A DNA stretch of 64,000 bases from Holdemania sp. (GCA_031551965.1 JAVBMW010000027.1:5808-69807), one strand, 5' to 3'. Positions 15,173 through 24,261 are shown, numbered from the stretch's first letter. Program-made: numbers and translations. Notes: generated from the letters alone by a model not told the origin.

Positions 15173-16562
15173 TCAAGTTACAGCTCAAGATGTTGAAGCA
15201 CTACAATCGATTTGCGGAACAGAATTTGTCTATACAAATGAGGAGATCCATAGTGATTATACTCATGATGAAATGATCGAATATGGAAAATATGATCCTG
15301 AAGTTGTGGTATGTCCTAAAGATGCAGAGGAAATTTCAAAAATATTAAAATACGCTAATACTCACAATTTACCAGTTACAACACGAGGTGCAGGAACTGG
15401 ATTGTGCGGTGGATGTGTACCGATTTGCGGTGGTATCGTTTTATCGATCATGAGAATGAACAAAATACTTGAAATGGATACTCAGACTATGACTGCGGTA
15501 GTGGAACCAGGAGTTCTGCTTATGGATATTGCAGCTAAGGCAGAAGAATTAAATCTGTTGTATGCCCCAGACCCAGGAGAAAAAAGCGCAACGGTCGGCG
15601 GGAATGTGATGACCAATGCCGGCGGGATGAGAGCAGTAAAATATGGTGTAACACGGGATTATGTAAAAGGAATGGATGTTGTGCTGGCAAATGGGGAAAT
15701 CGTAACCTTTGGTGGTAAAATCGCTAAAAACAGCTCAGGATATAGTCTAAAAGATTTAATGATCGGATCAGAAGGAACCCTTGGTATCGTTACTAAACTA
15801 TACTTGAAATTGATCGCTAAACCTAAAAAAATGGTTTCGTTATTGATTCCTTTCGATGAATTATCGACATGCCTTGACCTAGTACCCAAAGTGATGCAGT
15901 TATCAACTTGTCCTACTACAATTGAGTTTATGGAAAAAGAAGTGCTGGATGACGCGCAACAATTTTTAGGAAAAGACTTTCCAAATAAAGAATACAATGC
16001 TTATTTGATTGTTTCATATAGTGGAAATTCTACCGAAGAAATCAATGTGATGATCGAAGAATGTGCACATTTAGCTTTAGCAAATGGTGCAATCGATGTC
16101 TTTATCAGTGATACGAGTGAGCGTCAGGAAACAATTTGGAATGCACGTGGTGCTTTCCTTGAAGCAATCAAAAATTCAACTACTATGATGGATGAATGTG
16201 ATGTTGTCGTAAATATTGATAAGGTCGCAGAGTTTGTAAAGTTTACTCGTGCATGTGCTGAAAAATATCAAGTGCGAATTCGTAGTTTTGGTCATGCAGG
16301 AGATGGAAACCTACATGTTTACGTTTGTAAAGATGATTTAGATGATGAAAGATGGCATACTGTTGTAAAGGCTTGTATGGATGATTTCTATCAAAAGGCA
16401 ATCGAACTTGAAGGACAGGTATCAGGAGAACATGGTATTGGTCATGCTAAAAAAGATTACTTAAAACAATCTGTAACTGAAACTCAAATTGAAATTATGC
16501 GTCAAATTAAAAAAGCTTTTGATCCAAATGGTATATTAAATCCACAAAAAGTAATTGATTAG
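15165..16562 (+). CDS. FAD-linked oxidase (GlcD / D-lactate dehydrogenase family)
   Basis: FAD_binding_4 pattern (PVTTRGAGTGLCGG, GVLL, GSEGTLGIVT) and C-terminal GEHGIGHAK. Confidence 0.85.
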   Translation: MFNQVTAQDVEALQSICGTEFVYTNEEIHSDYTHDEMIEYGKYDPEVVVCPKDAEEISKILKYANTHNLPVTTRGAGTGLCGGCVPICGGIVLSIMRMNKILEMDTQTMTAVVEPGVLLMDIAAKAEELNLLYAPDPGEKSATVGGNVMTNAGGMRAVKYGVTRDYVKGMDVVLANGEIVTFGGKIAKNSSGYSLKDLMIGSEGTLGIVTKLYLKLIAKPKKMVSLLIPFDELSTCLDLVPKVMQLSTCPTTIEFMEKEVLDDAQQFLGKDFPNKEYNAYLIVSYSGNSTEEINVMIEECAHLALANGAIDVFISDTSERQETIWNARGAFLEAIKNSTTMMDECDVVVNIDKVAEFVKFTRACAEKYQVRIRSFGHAGDGNLHVYVCKDDLDDERWHTVVKACMDDFYQKAIELEGQVSGEHGIGHAKKDYLKQSVTETQIEIMRQIKKAFDPNGILNPQKVID

Positions 16563-16626
16563 TCAAAAGGGTTGGTTTATCCAGCCTTTTTATTTTATAA
16601 TGGTGTAGAAGGTTTAGGTGAATATA

Positions 16627-17931
16627 ATGAAAGTTGGATTTATATCTTTAGGTTGTGTTAAGAACCGTGTCGATAGTGAAAGAATTATGGGATTAATCAA
16701 GGAAGCAGGATGTACGATCACAAGCTCAGTAAAAGAAGCTGAAGTGATCATGATCAATACCTGTGGTTTTATTGAACCTGCTAAGCAGGAAGCAATCGAT
16801 ACTATACTAGAAATGGCTGAATACAAAAATGATAACTGTAAGAAATTGATTGTGCTGGGATGTCTTGCAAAACGTTATAAAGAAGATTTGATTAATGAAA
16901 TGCCAGAAGCAGATCGTTTTATCGGTGTGGATGAATACAGTCAATTAAGAGAAATATTAAATGAAGAACTAGATTTAGAAATTAAAAGTACTTATGGTAA
17001 AAACACTCGTTTATTATCAACTCAACCATGGATGGCTTATATGAAAATCGCTGATGGTTGTGATAATCGCTGTACTTATTGTGCTATACCATTGATAAGA
17101 GGTAATTACATATCTTATCCAATCGAAGATTTGATTCAAGAAGCGAAAGAACTCGCAACAAGCGGAGTCAAAGAACTTGTACTGATTGCTCAAGATACAA
17201 CGCGTTATGGACTTGATCTTTATGGTAAACGACGTTTAGGAGATTTGATCACAGAACTGAATAAAATTGAGGGGTTACATTGGATTCGTATTTTATATAT
17301 GTATCCAGATGAAATTGATGAAGCTTTGATTTTGACAATGAAAGCATGCGATAAAGTATTGCCTTATTTTGATATTCCAGTTCAATATGGTGAAGATAAA
17401 ATGCTTCTTTCAATGAATCGCCGAGGAACTGTTGAGAGTATCAAAGAAGAAGTAAAAATGATTAGAAAACACTTTGATATGCCGGTTTTACGTACTACGA
17501 TGATCGTCGGATTTCCGCAAGAAACACAAGCTCAGTTTGATGCACTGATTGATTTTGTCAAAGAAATTCGTTGGGACCGCTTAGGGGCATTTACTTATTC
17601 GCCTGAAGAAGATACACCAGCGTATTTAATGGATGGAGCAGTACCAGAGGAGGTTTCGGAAGAACGATACAACATCTTAATGGAAGTTCAAGAAGAAATC
17701 GCATTAGAAAAAGGTAGCGAGCTTGTCGGAAAGATTCTTGAAGTTCTAGTTGAGAATCAAGATGGATTAACCGGAAGATATCATGGTCGTTCAATACATA
17801 GTGCTCCTGATGGTATTGATGGAATCGTTTATATCACGAGTGATGAGCGTTTAGAATTTGGAACTTTTGTCAAGGTTTTGATCACAAGAGCTGCACATCA
17901 TGACTTACATGGAACCACAAAATTTGCGTGA
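16627..17931 (+). CDS. rimO: Ribosomal protein S12 methylthiotransferase
   Basis: MKVGFISLGCVKN start, radical-SAM CDNRCTYCAIP and a C-terminal TRAM domain. Confidence 0.9.
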   Translation: MKVGFISLGCVKNRVDSERIMGLIKEAGCTITSSVKEAEVIMINTCGFIEPAKQEAIDTILEMAEYKNDNCKKLIVLGCLAKRYKEDLINEMPEADRFIGVDEYSQLREILNEELDLEIKSTYGKNTRLLSTQPWMAYMKIADGCDNRCTYCAIPLIRGNYISYPIEDLIQEAKELATSGVKELVLIAQDTTRYGLDLYGKRRLGDLITELNKIEGLHWIRILYMYPDEIDEALILTMKACDKVLPYFDIPVQYGEDKMLLSMNRRGTVESIKEEVKMIRKHFDMPVLRTTMIVGFPQETQAQFDALIDFVKEIRWDRLGAFTYSPEEDTPAYLMDGAVPEEVSEERYNILMEVQEEIALEKGSELVGKILEVLVENQDGLTGRYHGRSIHSAPDGIDGIVYITSDERLEFGTFVKVLITRAAHHDLHGTTKFA

Positions 17932-17941
17932 GGAAGAGAAA

Positions 17942-18886
17942 ATGGATAAAAGAAAATTAATCATTGATTGTGACCCTGGAGTGGATGATGCTTATGCGAT
18001 CGTCATGGCTCTATTAAGCGAAGAATTTGAAGTTTTGGGAATTACAGGTGTTTCCGGAAATAAATCAATTGATGCAGTAATTCCTAATGCGTTAAGGTTG
18101 ACACAATTCTTAAATAAAGATGTTAAGGTTTATCGTGGGGCAGCAGCCAATTTGGAGTCAATGAGAAATGGTGTTGTCCAAAAAAATGATGCCGAGACTT
18201 TTCATGGTAAAGATGGTATGGGAAATAGTGAGTTAAGCTATACTACTGCAAACCTTGCGGAGGAAAGTGCAGAAGACTTTATCATTTCAATGATGAAGAA
18301 ATACCCAAACCAAGTTGAATTATTGACGCTTGGACCTCTTACCAATATTGCCTTAGCGATTCAAAAAGACGTTGAAGCAATGAAAGACTGTAAAGAGATC
18401 ACGATCATGGGTGGTGCTTTTAAACGGCATGGAAATGTGAGTGATTTTGCCGAGTTTAATATTTACTATGATCCAGAGGCAATGGATCTTGTCAACAGAG
18501 AATTATCTGAATTTGTACCGATCACTTACGTAGGACTTGATGCAACCCATTGTGTATTGTTCGATCATAATGATTTCGCAAGACTCCGTTATACAGGGGG
18601 TGAAACTGGAAGATTACTCTCTAAGATCATACAAGGCTATGCTGAGCAATATTTTGTCCATAATAGCTATCTAGGTGCAGTGATCCATGATTTATTCACA
18701 TTCATGACTATGGCCTATCCTGAAATCATTGTTGAAGAAATATTAAGTGGTGTTGAAATCAAATGTGATGAGGAACATGCAGGTCAAACAGTATTAGTAG
18801 ACAGTGATCATAAGAGTCGGGTAATCCTGAAATTAGATGACGCAAAGACAAAAGAGATTTTCTTTGATTTCTTTTGCGAAAAATAA
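17942..18886 (+). CDS. Nucleoside hydrolase (IUNH family)
   Basis: DCDPGVDDAYAI signature near the N-terminus. ATG at 17942 is preferred over the upstream in-frame start inside rimO. Confidence 0.85.
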   Translation: MDKRKLIIDCDPGVDDAYAIVMALLSEEFEVLGITGVSGNKSIDAVIPNALRLTQFLNKDVKVYRGAAANLESMRNGVVQKNDAETFHGKDGMGNSELSYTTANLAEESAEDFIISMMKKYPNQVELLTLGPLTNIALAIQKDVEAMKDCKEITIMGGAFKRHGNVSDFAEFNIYYDPEAMDLVNRELSEFVPITYVGLDATHCVLFDHNDFARLRYTGGETGRLLSKIIQGYAEQYFVHNSYLGAVIHDLFTFMTMAYPEIIVEEILSGVEIKCDEEHAGQTVLVDSDHKSRVILKLDDAKTKEIFFDFFCEK

Positions 18887-18963
18887 ACGTAAATAGGTTT
18901 AAACATTGAGTTTTGAAATGAACTTGTTATAATAGAATTAGAACAAAAAAGGGAGAAATTAAA

Positions 18964-19863
18964 ATGAAAAAAATCATCGGAATCGACTTAGGTGGAACTC
19001 ATGTTCGTGTTGCGAAAGTAACTGAAACAGGTGAAGTTTTACAGGAAATCAAAAGTGTTTCTTATGGTCAGGATGGACCAGAAAAAGTATTGGCTAATTT
19101 AATTGAGCTAGTGCAACAAATTGATAATTATAAAGAATGTGTAGGAATTGGACTTGGAATACCAGGACCAGTCGATACTGAAAACAAATGCATCAAAATT
19201 GCTTCTAATTTACCAGGTTGTGCAAAATTTCCATTTGGTTATCGTTTAGAAGAAGCTTTGGGATTACCAACTTTCTTAGATAATGACGCTAATGTTGCTG
19301 GACTTGCGGAAGCACTTGTAGGAGCAGGAAAAGGAAAACCAATCGTTTATTATGTAACTATCTCAACTGGAATCGGTGGAGCATTGGTTGTCGATGGAAA
19401 AGTAGTGTCAGGTAAAAATGGATTCGCTGGTGAAATTGCGAATATCATCGTGGATCGAAATGGCGAAAGACGTAATAATTTAAATCCAGGGGCTATCGAA
19501 AGTGAAGCAAGTGGAACTGCGATTGGACGCATTGGTAAAGAAATGATCGGTGATCAAATCGTTGAAGGAAAAGATGTTTTCGATTTAGCTCGTAGTGGCG
19601 ATGCAAAAGCGATTAAGATTTGTGAAGATATGGCATACAATCTTGCGATCATGTTTTCAAGTATCGCCCATGTGGTAGATCCTCATATATTTATTATTGG
19701 TGGTGGTTGTATGAAGGCAAAGGATGTTTTCTTTGATAAAATGGTTGCTGATTTTAAAACTTTAGTTCATGCAGCTATGGCTGATGTTGAATTTAAAGAA
19801 GCAGAACTTTCTGAACCTGGAATCATTGGAGCAGCAATGTTACCAATTTCTTACGGGTGTTAA
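18964..19863 (+). CDS. ROK-family sugar kinase (glucokinase-like)
   Basis: IGIDLGGTHVRVA ATP-binding start, DNDANVAGLAE and GIGGALVVDGK. Confidence 0.85.
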   Translation: MKKIIGIDLGGTHVRVAKVTETGEVLQEIKSVSYGQDGPEKVLANLIELVQQIDNYKECVGIGLGIPGPVDTENKCIKIASNLPGCAKFPFGYRLEEALGLPTFLDNDANVAGLAEALVGAGKGKPIVYYVTISTGIGGALVVDGKVVSGKNGFAGEIANIIVDRNGERRNNLNPGAIESEASGTAIGRIGKEMIGDQIVEGKDVFDLARSGDAKAIKICEDMAYNLAIMFSSIAHVVDPHIFIIGGGCMKAKDVFFDKMVADFKTLVHAAMADVEFKEAELSEPGIIGAAMLPISYGC

Positions 19864-19865
19864 TT

Positions 19866-21098
19866 ATGAATGAAAAAATATTACGAAAATATGCAAGTGT
19901 TGCGGTTAGAATGGGTGTTAACATTCAACCAGGACAACTTTTAGTTATTAATTCTCCAGTACACAGTTCAGAGTTCGCAAGACTTTGTGCAGAAGAAGCT
20001 TACAAAGCTGGTGCTGGTGAAGTTATGGTTACTTATAACGATGAAAAGCTTTCTAAAATTCATTATGATTATGCAGATGTTGAAGTGATCGGTAATGTAC
20101 CTGAATGGAATATCAAACGTAAAGAGTATGAACAAGGGAACAAGTGTGCTTATTTGCATTTGGATTCACGCATTCCATCTATTTTGAAAGATGCTGATCC
20201 TGAAAAAGTCAGAGTTGCAACGACAATGATTTCAAAAGCACTGAAACCATTCCAAACTTATACAAGGGCAAATCATGGACAATGGTGTATCGTTGGTGTA
20301 CCTAATCCAGAATGGGCTACAAAAGTATTCCCAGATCTTAATACCGAAGATGCAGTTGAAAAATTATGGGAAGTGATTCTTGCAAGTGTCTATATCACTG
20401 AAGACAATGACCCAATCGCTGTATGGGAAGAGCACAATGCCGAAATTAGAAATCATTCTCGCGAACTCAATGCCTATGACTTTAAATCACTTCATTTCAA
20501 AAATGGAGCAGGAACTGATTTGGTCGTAGAACTTGTAGAAAATCACATTTGGGCTGGTGGCTGTGAATATACAACAGGTGGAGTATTATTTAATCCAAAC
20601 ATGCCGACTGAAGAAGTATTTTGTATGCCTCACAGAAATAAAGTAAATGGAAAAGTAGTTAGTACAAAACCACTTAGCTACAATGGTAAACTAATTGATC
20701 AATTCACATTGAATTTCGTTGATGGAAAAGCAGTGAGCTTTGAAGCTAGTAACAACAGTGAAATCCTTAAGAGTTTACTTGAACTCGATGAAGGATCAAG
20801 TCGTTTAGGTGAAGTTGCCTTGATCAGTCATGATTCTCCAATATCAAAGAGTCAGATTTTATATTATGATACTTTATTTGATGAAAATGCATCTTGTCAC
20901 TTAGCATTAGGTGCAGCTTATCCAATGAATGTCAAAGATGGTAATGATTTAAGTGAAGAAGAACTTCTTGAAAAAGGATCAAATCAATCTATGACTCACG
21001 TTGATTTCATGTTTGGATCAAGTGATATGGAAATAACAGGTCTTACTCAAGATGGTGAAGTTATTCAAATATTTACAAATGGAAATTTCGTATTTTAA
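19866..21098 (+). CDS. Aminopeptidase, M29 (AmpS/PepS) family
   Basis: LRKYASVAVRMGVNIQPGQ start, FDENASCHLALG and HVDFM motifs. Confidence 0.85.
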   Translation: MNEKILRKYASVAVRMGVNIQPGQLLVINSPVHSSEFARLCAEEAYKAGAGEVMVTYNDEKLSKIHYDYADVEVIGNVPEWNIKRKEYEQGNKCAYLHLDSRIPSILKDADPEKVRVATTMISKALKPFQTYTRANHGQWCIVGVPNPEWATKVFPDLNTEDAVEKLWEVILASVYITEDNDPIAVWEEHNAEIRNHSRELNAYDFKSLHFKNGAGTDLVVELVENHIWAGGCEYTTGGVLFNPNMPTEEVFCMPHRNKVNGKVVSTKPLSYNGKLIDQFTLNFVDGKAVSFEASNNSEILKSLLELDEGSSRLGEVALISHDSPISKSQILYYDTLFDENASCHLALGAAYPMNVKDGNDLSEEELLEKGSNQSMTHVDFMFGSSDMEITGLTQDGEVIQIFTNGNFVF

Positions 21099-21106
21099 TC
21101 AAATCA

Positions 21107-21139
21107 ATTGTAGTGCATAAAAAGCACTACAATTTTTTT
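21107..21139 (+). terminator. Intrinsic terminator after M29 aminopeptidase
   Basis: attgtagtgc / gcactacaat 10-bp stem followed by a T7 run. Confidence 0.8.
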
Positions 21140-21280
21140 AATGTTGATTATATTAATATTATTAGTGTATTATTAGTTTATAGAAAATAGATGCAATACG
21201 GTATACCAATATATTTATAGCTTAATCTGATTTATAAAAAGGATGGTAATGACTTAGATTTACATATCAGGAGAAGTTTT

Positions 21281-21811
21281 ATGGGAAAGAAGATGTTGTT
21301 TAAAAATTATTTGAAAAGTTATTGTAAAGATTTAACAGGGACTGAAGATTACAGACTTTCATCTTTTGCTTCGAAATTAAATGATAATCCTCGAAGTCAA
21401 CATCCCGTTTTCTTATATGCGTTAATGTTTCCAAATGAGAAATATTTTAAGAATAAGCTTAATCAAAAACAACTCGAAGAATATTCTGTTTTAGAAAAAC
21501 ACTATGAAAAATACAAAGATATTGAACTAATGCTTCAAAAAGAGAAGTTTTTAATAATAGAATATCGAAAGGTTTATGATGCTTATATTCAGTATACAAG
21601 TGATTATGCTGCTGATACTCCATTGAAAAGGGCATATCATGAAAAAATTTTGCAAATGTTAGGAAATAGAAAAATAAGTAACTATCGGATTTGTGTTGAC
21701 AATAATTTGAATCAGGGAAATTTTCATAGTTTCTTAAAGGGTGATTATTCAAAATTAAGTAAAGACAAATGTAAAGACGTATATCTATATTTGCAAAAAT
21801 CGGAAATTTAA
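21281..21811 (+). CDS. Hypothetical protein with C-terminal HTH-like segment
   Basis: 176 aa, GGAGAAG RBS. The C-terminal ISNYRICVDNNLNQGNFHSFLKGDYSKLS resembles an XRE-type helix-turn-helix. No other motif was recognised. Confidence 0.55.
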   Translation: MGKKMLFKNYLKSYCKDLTGTEDYRLSSFASKLNDNPRSQHPVFLYALMFPNEKYFKNKLNQKQLEEYSVLEKHYEKYKDIELMLQKEKFLIIEYRKVYDAYIQYTSDYAADTPLKRAYHEKILQMLGNRKISNYRICVDNNLNQGNFHSFLKGDYSKLSKDKCKDVYLYLQKSEI

Positions 21812-21921
21812 TAAAGGAAAGCTAATGATTAGCACTGATACATTTTAAAAATGTATCTTTTTAAAAAACCTTTGTAAGATTTTATGAACTTAAGAGTCAT
21901 ATTAGTAAAGGAGGAAAAATT

Positions 21922-22428
21922 GTGGATGAATTTGAAGAAATATATCGACTGTATTTTAATGATGTATATCGCTATTTGTTGAAGTTATGTCGAAATCAAC
22001 ATATTGCTGAAGACATCACAAGTGATACCTTCTTTAAAGCGATGAAAGCGATGGATAAGTTTAGAAACGAAAGTGATTTGAGAGTATGGTTATGTCAAAT
22101 CGCTAAGAATAGTTACTATTCTTATTTAAGAAAACACAATCAAACCCAGTATGTAGAAGAAATGGAAATCTTGGATTCGCTTTATTATCAAGACAATTTG
22201 TCAAAAGACTTCAATGACAAAGAAGAAGTTATGGCAATTCATCAAATATTGCATAATTTAGAAGAACCTTACAAAGAAGTGTTTCATCTAAGATTCTTTA
22301 CTGAATTGAGCTTTATCCAGATCGGTAACTTATTTGGCAAAACTGAAAACTGGGCTTGTGTAACTTATCATCGTGCAAGATTTAAAATCAAACAAAGAAT
22401 GGAGGAAAAAGGATATGAATCAATGTAA
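21922..22428 (+). CDS. ECF-type RNA polymerase sigma-70 family factor
   Basis: Region 2 (AEDITSDTFFKA ... WLCQIAKNSYYSYLRK) and region 4 (PYKEVFHLRFFTELSFIQIG ... TYHRARFKIK). GTG start after AAGGAGG. Confidence 0.85.
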   Translation: MDEFEEIYRLYFNDVYRYLLKLCRNQHIAEDITSDTFFKAMKAMDKFRNESDLRVWLCQIAKNSYYSYLRKHNQTQYVEEMEILDSLYYQDNLSKDFNDKEEVMAIHQILHNLEEPYKEVFHLRFFTELSFIQIGNLFGKTENWACVTYHRARFKIKQRMEEKGYESM

Positions 22429-23305
22429 TATCGTAAAGGATTTATTACCCCTATATGTAGAAGATTTAGTAAGTGAAGATACGAAATGTTATGTTGAAGA
22501 TCATTTAAATACATGTGAATCATGTCAAAATGAACTGAAACAATTGAAACTTGGGAAAATTGAAGTATCAAATGATGCAACTATACCTTTAAAAAAAATC
22601 AAAAAAAATTTAGAAAGGAAACAGTTAAAAACTATTTTAGTAACGGCATCTTTAGTTATTTTGGCTTTTGGCATTGTGATATTTGGCTTTTTAACAAAAC
22701 ATAACCCTGCTCGAAATCCTAACAATATACTTACTGTAATAGAATCAGATGATGAAGTAATTATTGAGTTTCAACCTGAAATTGCAGGATATGAAGTATA
22801 TAATGAAATAATTGATAATGAATTCATGTCGTACAAATTGTATGCTTGGTATACTGAGTGGAATAGAATTTCAAACAATGATGAAATTCTTAGGTTTTCG
22901 GTCAATAAAAATGAAATCAATAATTTTATAATTGAGTATAGTGATTATGAAAATGATAAATTGATATATTCGACTTCTGGATACTTAGGACAATCATTTC
23001 ATGTATTGGTAGCTTTGCGTTTAGGTTATTATCTTATGATTGATTTGGCTATAATTGTGATTTTGTCAATTATGCTGATGATATATAGAAAAAATCATAA
23101 TTTTAAAATATGGCTTCAACGCATGATTTTGCTACCTATTTGTTACTTGTTTGGACATTTTAGTATAAAAGGTTTTAATACCATTTCTATTACGATAAGC
23201 CGAGATTTCCTATTAATATGTGCAGTAACGATCTGTATGTATTGTGCAAGTTTAATGTTATTTAACCATTTATGCGTTAATGTTTCCAAACGAGAAATAT
23301 TTTAA
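22415..23305 (+). CDS. Anti-sigma factor: zf-HC2 domain, TM, about 110-aa extracytoplasmic domain, 3 C-terminal TM helices
   Basis: HLNTCESC (H-x3-C-x2-C) motif. The start at 22415 overlaps the sigma gene's stop. Hydrophobic segments lie at about aa 72-94 and in the last 100 aa. Confidence 0.8.
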   Translation: MNQCNIVKDLLPLYVEDLVSEDTKCYVEDHLNTCESCQNELKQLKLGKIEVSNDATIPLKKIKKNLERKQLKTILVTASLVILAFGIVIFGFLTKHNPARNPNNILTVIESDDEVIIEFQPEIAGYEVYNEIIDNEFMSYKLYAWYTEWNRISNNDEILRFSVNKNEINNFIIEYSDYENDKLIYSTSGYLGQSFHVLVALRLGYYLMIDLAIIVILSIMLMIYRKNHNFKIWLQRMILLPICYLFGHFSIKGFNTISITISRDFLLICAVTICMYCASLMLFNHLCVNVSKREIF

Positions 23306-23390
23306 GAATAACATTAATCAAAAACAACTCGAAGAATATTCAATTTTAAAAAGTATTTTGAAAAATACTAAGATATAGAATTAATGCTTT
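23271..23390 (+). pseudogene. Duplicated internal fragment of the 21281-21811 gene (remnant)
   Basis: About 120 bp align to 21416-21535. The first 71 nt differ at 3 positions; later there are more mismatches and an apparent 1-nt deletion with in-frame stops. The first 35 nt supply the last codons of the anti-sigma gene in another frame. Confidence 0.8.
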
Positions 23391-23436
23391 AACTTACAAT
23401 TTCTAATAGTGACAGTTATAAAGAAGTGAAAACAAA

Positions 23437-23463
23437 TTTATTTATTGATAAACAATAAATAAA
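23437..23463. repeat. Perfect 11-bp AT-only inverted repeat (tttatttattg-ataaa-caataaataaa)
   Basis: Read directly from the sequence, upstream of the orphan membrane paralogue. Confidence 0.7.
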
Positions 23464-23517
23464 TGTTGCAAAACAGAAAATATTTGATATACTTCTCTTA
23501 TAGAGAAGGTGAAGGAA

Positions 23518-24219
23518 ATGAAATCTTTGTATTCAAAAAACTTTAGGCAAATTATTATTTTATGTATTACGATACTATATACAATGGCGTTTTGTGTTTC
23601 GATATTTGCAGTAATGACAAAGCGCAATTACTTACCATATACAGAAAGCCTATTGAAGATGGAATTACAAAAAGACCAGTTGTCGATTCAATTTAATTTA
23701 CCAGCAACAGATTATGAAGTAATTCAAAAAGATATGGATGATGGTTTTATCATTTATGAAGTAAAGACGTGGAACACTTATTGGGATTCACTTGTAAAAG
23801 ATAAGGAACCTATGGTATATGAGATTAAACGTGATAATCTATTGAATTTAGTAGTTAATTATAGTGATTATGAAAATCACTGGAATTTATATGAATCATC
23901 AGATACTCATGGAGGATTTTCAGTATTAAGGCGTTTGGTATTGGGATATTATTTTATAGTTGCTTTAATTTTATGTGTATTCTTCTTTATTCTTGAACTC
24001 CTTTTCATCAAATTGAGGGAAGTACGGATTTGGGTCGAAAGAATACTTTTGTTGCCAGTTTCTTATATTTTAAGTCACCTGATAGTAAGAGGCTTTGCAT
24101 CAGCTTCTGCTGAGGCATATCGTGATTTTATTTTGATCTGTATTATCACAGTGTGTTTATATGTTGCTTCCTTACTTGTATTGATACTTTTCCAGTCAAA
24201 GAAGAAAATTATAGCTTAG
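23518..24219 (+). CDS. Membrane protein, paralogue of the anti-sigma factor lacking the zinc-finger domain
   Basis: Collinear similarity to aa about 70-297 of the 22415-23305 product, for example NYSDYENH vs EYSDYEND, RLVLGYYF vs LRLGYYL, RIWVERILLLPVSY vs KIWLQRMILLPICY, and YRDFILICIITVCLYVASL vs SRDFLLICAVTICMYCASL. Confidence 0.8.
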   Translation: MKSLYSKNFRQIIILCITILYTMAFCVSIFAVMTKRNYLPYTESLLKMELQKDQLSIQFNLPATDYEVIQKDMDDGFIIYEVKTWNTYWDSLVKDKEPMVYEIKRDNLLNLVVNYSDYENHWNLYESSDTHGGFSVLRRLVLGYYFIVALILCVFFFILELLFIKLREVRIWVERILLLPVSYILSHLIVRGFASASAEAYRDFILICIITVCLYVASLLVLILFQSKKKIIA

Positions 24220-24229
24220 TTTTTAAAGG

Positions 24230-24261
24230 CGTTTATCAAATTGTAGATAAGCGTTTTTTTT
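24230..24261 (+). terminator. Intrinsic terminator
   Basis: cgtttatc / gataagcg stem (one G-U pair) followed by a T8 run. Confidence 0.7.

Noticed and set aside
14410-15997. Minus-strand ORFs 14410-14607, 14659-14985 and 15659-15997
   Set aside because: They are antisense to etfA and the FAD-oxidase gene, and no motifs or RBSs were found.
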